64,000 nt of DNA from Trueperaceae bacterium (GTDB lineage Bacteria > Deinococcota > Deinococci > Deinococcales > Trueperaceae). This document shows, in pieces, positions 57,715-64,000 of the stretch. The notes beneath the pieces are model-generated. The model worked only from the letters and a program-made list of their open reading frames with translations, did no database searches and was not told the DNA's origin. The DNA is taken from contig OZ243913.1 in assembly GCA_965213705.1 (NCBI GenBank), positions 32,001-96,000 on the forward strand, read 5' to 3'. Within the stretch, counting starts at the first letter, position 1, and each line of letters opens with the position of its first letter. The position numbers were made by a program, and so were the translations under genes.

Positions 57715-57956
57715 CAAAGGAGTCGGGAGGTAAGGAGGTAGGGGAAAGGCAAAAGCTTTTGACTCCCCACTCCCTCCCCCACCCCGTTACTTCCAAAGTG
57801 CCTTACGTCCGCCTGACACGCTTCCCGTAAGGTATACTCAGACCAACCACAGGAGGAAGCGCCGCCGACGACTTCGCTGACAACCCGACCGCCGACTCGT
57901 TTGAAGACCTCGTCGCCAACTTCGACGCGCTCGACCCGTTTATAACCGAGGCGGAA

Positions 57957-58496
57957 CTGCTGGCACTGGAGCCCCTAACCAACTTCGGGGCGGCGCGGGT
58001 TCTCATCCTCAACGCGAGTTACGAACCCATGCACGTCTGCAGCGTCAAGCGGGCGGTCGGGCTGCTCATGTTGGACGTCGCCGAGCGCGTCGAAGACAGC
58101 GACAAAGTGCTGCGCTCGCCGAGTCAAGTGTTTGCAGTTCCGAGCGTGGTCAAACTCAAAAAGTACGTCAAGCGCCCGCCGCACCAGAAAGTCGCCTTCA
58201 ACCGTAAAAACGTGTTTCGCCGCGACGACAACACCTGCCAGTACTGCGGGCTCCACTCGACCGACCTGACGCTCGACCACGTGTTGCCACGCTCGCGCGG
58301 CGGCGCGACGAGTTGGGAGAACGTCGTCGCCTGCTGCCGCCGTTGCAACGCCAAAAAGCGCGACCGCACGCCCGAAGAGGCGAACATGCTCCTAAACCGC
58401 AAACCCTACGGGCCGAGGTTCGTCTTCAGTTCGGCGTTCGGAATTTTGCCGAGCATCGACCCGGTGTGGCGCAAGTACCTACCCGAGGGCAGCTAG
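57957..58496 (+). CDS. HNH endonuclease (McrA-like); start non-canonical or uncertain
   Basis: RVLILNASYEP lies upstream of the first ATG (58029). RRDDNTCQYCG, TLDHVLPRSRGG and WENVVACC..CN..K are present. CTG 57957 is the tentative start. Confidence 0.85.
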   Translation: MLALEPLTNFGAARVLILNASYEPMHVCSVKRAVGLLMLDVAERVEDSDKVLRSPSQVFAVPSVVKLKKYVKRPPHQKVAFNRKNVFRRDDNTCQYCGLHSTDLTLDHVLPRSRGGATSWENVVACCRRCNAKKRDRTPEEANMLLNRKPYGPRFVFSSAFGILPSIDPVWRKYLPEGS

Positions 58497-58846
58497 CGCG
58501 CTTCACGCTCGCCGATAAGGCTCGAGAGCACCGTGCTGATGACCGTCAACACGAGCGCCCCCAGTACCGCTCCACCGAAACCGGTAACGTTCAGGGGCGT
58601 CAGCGCCGCCACGATACCCACTGAGAGCGCGTTCACGACGAGCAAAAACAAACCCAGGGTCAAAATCGTCAGGGGCAGCGTCAGAAAAATCATGACGGGC
58701 CGCACCACGGCGTTGACCAGACCCAGGAGGAGGGCGGCAACGAGCACCGCGCCCAGCGTCGGGGTGGTGAAGTACAGACCCACGTTCAGCAAGGTCGTCA
58801 GGTAGAGGGCCAGGGCGTTCAGACCCCAACGCAAAAGTAAACTCAT
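58493..58846 (-). CDS. YvlD-like four-TM membrane protein (phage holin superfamily IV)
   Basis: LLGLVNAVVRP...LTLPLTILTLGLF.LVVNA. TATACT lies 6 nt before the ATG. Confidence 0.88.
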   Translation of the reverse strand: MSLLLRWGLNALALYLTTLLNVGLYFTTPTLGAVLVAALLLGLVNAVVRPVMIFLTLPLTILTLGLFLLVVNALSVGIVAALTPLNVTGFGGAVLGALVLTVISTVLSSLIGEREAR

Positions 58847-59115
58847 GACAAAAGTATATCCAAAGCTTGCGGGGCCGCTCCACCTTCTAAAGACGGACCT
58901 GCGGCAACGACGCCCGAGCTGTGCAAACCGAAAACGGTAGGCGTACGCTCTCGACGGGTCGCCGAGGTCCAAACAACCTTACATCGTGCGAACCTCATCT
59001 TGACCCCGCCTGCTCGGGGTGCGACAATCTTGTCATCAACCACAGGCACGGTGTCGCCGACGTTCTCGAAAAGGTTGAGTGCGGCTGCAGGGCCGCGTCA
59101 TTCAGGAGGTTTGCG

Positions 59116-61203
59116 GTGCACTTGAAACTTTTTACGCTCGCGCTGGTCGTTTTACAGTTTTCATGGGGGACGGCTCAGCAAAGCCCCAACACGTTGATGC
59201 AGGAAAGCTACGGCCTTTACACGCTCGACAACAGCGAGGTCGACGGTGTGGTGCAAGTCCGGGAGTCGCCGAACGGCACGGCCGAACTCGTCCTTACGCT
59301 GAACGGCCTTCTGCCGGGCGACCTGCACGCGGCGGCGCTTTACGAGGGCGACTGCGCGCCCGAGCGACCGTTGGTAGCGGAACTCGAGACCGTCGGCGAC
59401 AGCGTCCCCGAAGACCCCTTCGCCAGCATCACGGCGACCGACTTACCCTACGAGACGGTCGTCACGGGCGACTACTTCGTGATGGTCTACGGCCCGAGTC
59501 TGGACACGCCCGCGCTGGCTTGCGGCGAGGTCGGCGTGGGCGCGAACCGGAGCGACCTCGGACAAACGACGAACCCAGGAGGAAGTCGAATGGGCGACCC
59601 TACCGCCAACTTATCTCAGCCCGAGCAGGTTTTGCTCGAGCGCGCCAAGGCACAGGTCGAGGCGGAAACGGCTCTTGCGGCGACCGACCTGACCCTCGTC
59701 AGCCTCGAGCCGGTCGAGTGGAACGACGCGAGTCTGGGCTGCCCCCAACCCGGCATGATGTACGCCCAGGTCGTCACGCCCGGCTATCAAATTAGGCTAC
59801 GGGGGCCGAATGGGGATTACAACGTCCACACAGGAAGCGCGCCCGACGGGAGCATCGTCTTGTGTGAGCAGGGCCAGACCTCGGCGGTAGGCTCGCCTGT
59901 GACGAGTCCGGTTATGACGCCTTCGCTGACGGGCGTCGTCTGGCAGTGGCGGACCGACAGGCTCGAGGACAGTTCGAACTACACCGTCGAATTTTTAGCG
60001 GACGGCCATATCGCCGTTCAGGCCGACTGCAACCGGGGCCGGGCGAGCTTTGAAACGTTCGGCGAAAACGGGCTGCGCGTCGGCCCGGTCGCCACGACGC
60101 GCGCCGCTTGCCCGCCGGGGACGCTGGAGGGGGCGTTTCTCGAGCAGGTCGTGAGCAGCAGTTCGTACGCGTTCGATGGCGAGAACCTGATGCTCTACCC
60201 CGTCGTCGAGCCGGGTACGATGAATTTCACGCCGGTTTCCACAGATGCGACGAGCCAAGGAACGAGCGAAGAAGAGAGGTCGGGCCGCTTGACGGGGGTC
60301 GTCACTTACCGCGAGCGCGTCGCGCTGCCGCCGGGGAGCGTGGTTCGGGTGACGTTGCAGGACGTGTCTCGAGCCGACGCCCCGGCGGACGTTATCGACA
60401 GCCAAACCGTCACCACTTCGGGCGAGAACGTGCCCATCCCCTTTGAGCTGAGCTACGACCCCGCGCACATCGACCCGCGGAACCGCTACGTGGTCCGGGC
60501 CGAGATTCGGGACGGCGCGGGCGGCCTCCTCTGGACCAGCGACACCGCCCATCCGGTCATCACGGAGGGTGCGCCCGGCGACCCTGTCGAAATCGTCGTC
60601 AAGCGCGTGATGGACCCGACCGGCGGGATGCCGCCCCTCGAGACGGGGCAAACCGTCGAGTTCACCTGCACGCCGCCCGACGAGGCGGCGTTTACTTTTA
60701 GCGTCACAACCGGCCCCGGCGAGGTCGGCCTGGTGTTGCCCGAGCGCTTCGGGGGGCGCAGCCTCGTTTTGCCCCAGGTGCGCGCCGGAGGCGGCGCGCG
60801 CTTCGAGGAGGGCGGCGTCACGTTTTGGAACAAGGGCGACGAGGCGCTTTTGCAGGTCGACGGCCGGACCTTCGAGGGCTGTGTGGTGCGAGCGGCCGGG
60901 GGCGAGGTCGTGTTCCGCGCGACCGGAACCGAGCCGTTCTGGCGGCTCGAGCTGACCAAAGCGGGCGACCTGCGCTTTGAGAACCTTGGCGAGCCGGAGA
61001 TAGTTGCCCCCGCCTCAGCTCCGGAGACCGACGCGGCCACGGGCGTCACGACGTACCGCGCGGTTGGCGCGGCCTACGACCTACGCGTCAGGCTCAACGA
61101 GACGAGCTGTACCGACCTGATGAGCGGCTTTACGTATGAGATGACTGTTACCGTAACGCTCGACGGCGCAACGTATCAGGGCTGCGGGCGACGGCTCGGG
61201 TAA
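59116..61203 (+). CDS. Exported multidomain protein (SOD/CHRD-like, SLGCP domain, META, YbaY, MliC, COG3650-like)
   Basis: AGGAGG RBS with GTG start and signal peptide. Motifs: LACGEV; WNDASLGCP..GMMYAQVVTPGY; ADCNRG..ATTRAAC; GVVTYRERVALP..LQDVSRADAPA; GARF....FWNKGDEA; ATGTEPFW..CTDLMSG..GC. Confidence 0.8.
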   Translation: MHLKLFTLALVVLQFSWGTAQQSPNTLMQESYGLYTLDNSEVDGVVQVRESPNGTAELVLTLNGLLPGDLHAAALYEGDCAPERPLVAELETVGDSVPEDPFASITATDLPYETVVTGDYFVMVYGPSLDTPALACGEVGVGANRSDLGQTTNPGGSRMGDPTANLSQPEQVLLERAKAQVEAETALAATDLTLVSLEPVEWNDASLGCPQPGMMYAQVVTPGYQIRLRGPNGDYNVHTGSAPDGSIVLCEQGQTSAVGSPVTSPVMTPSLTGVVWQWRTDRLEDSSNYTVEFLADGHIAVQADCNRGRASFETFGENGLRVGPVATTRAACPPGTLEGAFLEQVVSSSSYAFDGENLMLYPVVEPGTMNFTPVSTDATSQGTSEEERSGRLTGVVTYRERVALPPGSVVRVTLQDVSRADAPADVIDSQTVTTSGENVPIPFELSYDPAHIDPRNRYVVRAEIRDGAGGLLWTSDTAHPVITEGAPGDPVEIVVKRVMDPTGGMPPLETGQTVEFTCTPPDEAAFTFSVTTGPGEVGLVLPERFGGRSLVLPQVRAGGGARFEEGGVTFWNKGDEALLQVDGRTFEGCVVRAAGGEVVFRATGTEPFWRLELTKAGDLRFENLGEPEIVAPASAPETDAATGVTTYRAVGAAYDLRVRLNETSCTDLMSGFTYEMTVTVTLDGATYQGCGRRLG

Positions 61204-61247
61204 CGCCGGGCGGGCCCGGCCCAGGGCCTTCGGGTCGGTTGGTCACT

Positions 61248-62909
61248 TCAGGGCTCGTCGGGTTGTTCGATAGGGTAACCCAGCCCGTTCCAGAAACTGC
61301 ACCGCGACGCGTCCAAGGTTTGCACCTCTATAGGAATGTCCAGCTGCAGGTATCGGCCTAAGCGGTTGAAGTTCGGCCACACGGGCTCGTCCTGGCCGAC
61401 GCCGTTGGGGTTGTGAAAGATGCTGGCAAAACGGCCCCAGTAGTTTGCCATCTGTTGCGACAGCCGCTCTTCTTCGGGTGTGAAACTGAGCGTACCCGAG
61501 GCCGAGTGAAACACGAACGCCACCTCGTCGCCGTGACAACTCTCGCTGTCACACCGGGGAATGTCGGGCCAGATGCTTGACGAAGGCACGTGGGTATAGC
61601 GGTATAAGTACAGGGGCGCGTCCGCCCCCTGCGCGACAGTCCGGTTGCTGCACGTAAACAAGTAGTCGGTGCTGATACGGATGACCTGGTCGGTGTTGTC
61701 GCCCGAAGGGTTGCGCGGATAAACCGCCATGATGGGGGCGGCGTTGTCGGCCCCGAGCAGGGTGCGCAAAAACGACGCGTAGCCGAACAGCCCGACGGGT
61801 TTGGCACCCGGCATAGAGAAAAAAACTGTGCCTTCGTCCGCGTTGGTGCCCATCAGCGTGGGTTTTTGCAAACCTTCCTGCTGCGCGACGGTGATGGGCT
61901 GCGCCGTGACAAACTCGCCGTCGATGACGGGTGCCCAGTTCAGAAACGCGGCCAGACCGTAGTCGAGCAGCGCGTAGCTCAAAGACCCGCTCTGTTGCGC
62001 GGCGAGCAACTCGTCGACAGACTTCTCCCGCAAACAGCCCAGTTGGTCGAAGCGGAACTTGCAGCCCACCGCCAAGAGGTACAGCTCTGCCGTAGACTCA
62101 GCTTGCTCCAGGGTCTTGAACGGAATCCCGAACGGGTTGCTCTGCATGATGGCGGCTTCGAACAGAGGTTCGCTTGTCGGCACCGCCAGCAGGTGCAACC
62201 CCACCGACTGCGCTCCGGCGCTCTCGCCCGACAAGGTGACGAGGTTGGGGTTGCCGCCAAAAGCGGCGATGTTGTCCCGCACCCACTGCAGCGCGAGTTG
62301 CTGGTCTTTAAGGCCGTAGTTGCCCGTGCGCCCGGCACGCCCGGCGAACGAGCCCAGGACGCCGACGCGGTAGTTCATGCTCACCACGACGAGGTTTTGG
62401 GTCGCCGCCAAGTAAGCCCCGTCACGCAGCGGGCGGTTGGAACCCTCGTCGCCGGGCTGAGCGCTCGAGCCCTCCACAAAAGCGCCACCGTGGATGTTCA
62501 CCAGCACCGGCAAGGGGCTGCTCGGCTCTCGTAGCGGCCGCCACACGTTCAGCGACAAGCAGTCCTCGCCCTGAACACCCTGCTCGGGCGGTTTGTCCTG
62601 GGGGCAAACGGGGCCGAAGGCGGTCGCCTGCAAGGTGTCCGCCCAAGGCGCTTTGGGGAGAGGCGGCTCGAAGCGGTTGGTGCCCGCCGTAGACTCCGCG
62701 TAGGGAATACCCAGGTAAGCCTCGACCTGCTGGGCTTGGTCGGCTTCGACCCCGACCAGCCGCCCGCAGACCGGCCCGGCCGGGGTGGTGAGGTCGGCGG
62801 TGGTGCAAGCCTCCCGAACGAAGGTAAAAGGCGTGCCCTGAGCGAATCCCCAGGCCGTACCGAACAGCGCCACCAAACAGACCCACCCTAAAAAACGTTT
62901 CATCCACAC
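61248..62909 (-). CDS. Secreted carboxylesterase type B
   Basis: LGIPYA, EDCLSLNVW, HGGAF, GNYGLKDQ, GESAG nucleophile motif and HGDE. Confidence 0.93.
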   Translation of the reverse strand: MWMKRFLGWVCLVALFGTAWGFAQGTPFTFVREACTTADLTTPAGPVCGRLVGVEADQAQQVEAYLGIPYAESTAGTNRFEPPLPKAPWADTLQATAFGPVCPQDKPPEQGVQGEDCLSLNVWRPLREPSSPLPVLVNIHGGAFVEGSSAQPGDEGSNRPLRDGAYLAATQNLVVVSMNYRVGVLGSFAGRAGRTGNYGLKDQQLALQWVRDNIAAFGGNPNLVTLSGESAGAQSVGLHLLAVPTSEPLFEAAIMQSNPFGIPFKTLEQAESTAELYLLAVGCKFRFDQLGCLREKSVDELLAAQQSGSLSYALLDYGLAAFLNWAPVIDGEFVTAQPITVAQQEGLQKPTLMGTNADEGTVFFSMPGAKPVGLFGYASFLRTLLGADNAAPIMAVYPRNPSGDNTDQVIRISTDYLFTCSNRTVAQGADAPLYLYRYTHVPSSSIWPDIPRCDSESCHGDEVAFVFHSASGTLSFTPEEERLSQQMANYWGRFASIFHNPNGVGQDEPVWPNFNRLGRYLQLDIPIEVQTLDASRCSFWNGLGYPIEQPDEP

Positions 62910-63016
62910 TCTCCCTCGAGCCTCCTCATCATGTCACTCAACGTTACGACTTCGCTGGGGTACTGGCTCCAGACCCGAACACCGAGCGTGAACCGTTCTC
63001 GGTGACGGTTATAAGT

Positions 63017-63907
63017 TTAGTCCGGCCGCTTGATAAACCGCTCGTAGCGGTCGAACGTGTCAAAGCCGAGCAGTTCGAAGATTTGGATGAGTTTGGGGTC
63101 GCCGGTCGGCAGGGTCGTTTCGACGCGGCCCAGCGGGCTTACCGAGGCGAGTTCGTGCAAACTCGACAAGACGACGCGCCGCAGCATCTCGCTCGAGAAA
63201 CGGTACTCCTGCAACACGCCGACGGCCGTGAGGTAGTACACCCCGTCGATGCCCCCGTGTTCGGTACCGTAGAACGCGTAGCCAACCGGCGGCAGGTCAA
63301 GGGTTTCGCGGGTGATAAACCACAAACTCGGCAAAAAACGGCCGCGCCAGCGTTTCAACCAGGCCCAGCGCGCGTCGCTCACCTCGGTTTCGGCTTGTTC
63401 GAACACCTGCCGGAAGGCCTCGTCGCTGTCGTGGCTCCAGGCCTCGATGACGAGGGGCGAGCCCAGGGGCGGCAACTCCGACAGACTGAACGCCAGGTCG
63501 AACGCGCCCTCGAGCTTGAACCCCAAGTGTTCGAACACCGGCCTGAGCTGAGCGACGCGCGCGTTTGAAAAGTTGTAAAGCGGCACGTGCGCCGCCTCGT
63601 GCGGGTGACGTGACAGCATTTTGGTGACCAGGTGCTGCAGGTGGGCAACGTCGTCCTCGAACCAGAGGTTGCTCAAGTACAGGTTTTGGTCGTCCGCGTC
63701 TTGCTGCGGCGCGAGCACGTTCACCCCGGCTTTGGGCCGTTCGGTCGCGTCGTCGCTGTAAACGAACGAGCGCACCGCCTCGTGGTCTAAGTCTCGAGCG
63801 TGCTCCAGCACGCGCCGCGCCAAGCCGCGCGGGTCGCCGTGACCGATAAAACGGTAGTATTGGCTCAAAAACCAGGTGAGTTCATCGGGAGCGAGCGAGC
63901 GAATCAC
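63017..63907 (-). CDS. Hypothetical protein, probable tandem GNAT-like fold
   Basis: YLTAVGVLQEYR and two FE.LGF motifs. GC-typical codon use. Confidence 0.6.
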   Translation of the reverse strand: MIRSLAPDELTWFLSQYYRFIGHGDPRGLARRVLEHARDLDHEAVRSFVYSDDATERPKAGVNVLAPQQDADDQNLYLSNLWFEDDVAHLQHLVTKMLSRHPHEAAHVPLYNFSNARVAQLRPVFEHLGFKLEGAFDLAFSLSELPPLGSPLVIEAWSHDSDEAFRQVFEQAETEVSDARWAWLKRWRGRFLPSLWFITRETLDLPPVGYAFYGTEHGGIDGVYYLTAVGVLQEYRFSSEMLRRVVLSSLHELASVSPLGRVETTLPTGDPKLIQIFELLGFDTFDRYERFIKRPD

Positions 63908-64000
63908 AACGGACTACTCTAACCGATGGAGTCCTTGGGGGGAAAGCTTTGCAGTTTTAGGGTCGGCGCTGCGTCAGCTCAGGCGTCGAAAAACCTACTT

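Noticed and set aside
57957..58846. Prophage remnant (HNH plus holin)
   Set aside because: Both belong to families commonly found as chromosomal genes, they are convergent, and no phage structural or integrase genes are present.

Overview
GC-rich chromosomal segment, most likely from a Deinococcota bacterium (Truepera-like). The taxon is inferred from gene style, many -10-adjacent leaderless starts and very frequent CTCGAG, and was not confirmed by any search. Housekeeping content: partial rel, a tRNA Lys-Glu-Val cluster, hemA-hemC-hemD-hemB plus a two-component system, 2-oxoacid dehydrogenase E1, ABC transporters, an MMPL exporter and ddl. The main finding is a ~10 kb cluster (about 14.99-25.16 kb). 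It encodes a serine palmitoyltransferase-like enzyme, a bacterial ceramide-synthase-like GNAT, a ceramide-reductase-like NAD(P) enzyme, four glycosyltransferases and two flippase-like membrane proteins. This is a candidate (glyco)sphingolipid pathway in a lineage not, to my knowledge, described as making sphingolipids. Other signals: a parDE cassette bracketed by a ~200 bp duplication of the mmpL 3' end and followed by an AT-rich TIR gene; a palindromic element inserted in-frame in hemB; a HIP1-like excess of (G)CTCGAG(C); a candidate tiny anti-SD sRNA; an internally deleted hicA; two genes lacking canonical starts; a cysteine-less AhpD with a degenerate GGDEF-LuxR regulator; and a six-domain envelope fusion protein. 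All family calls come from motif recognition by eye.
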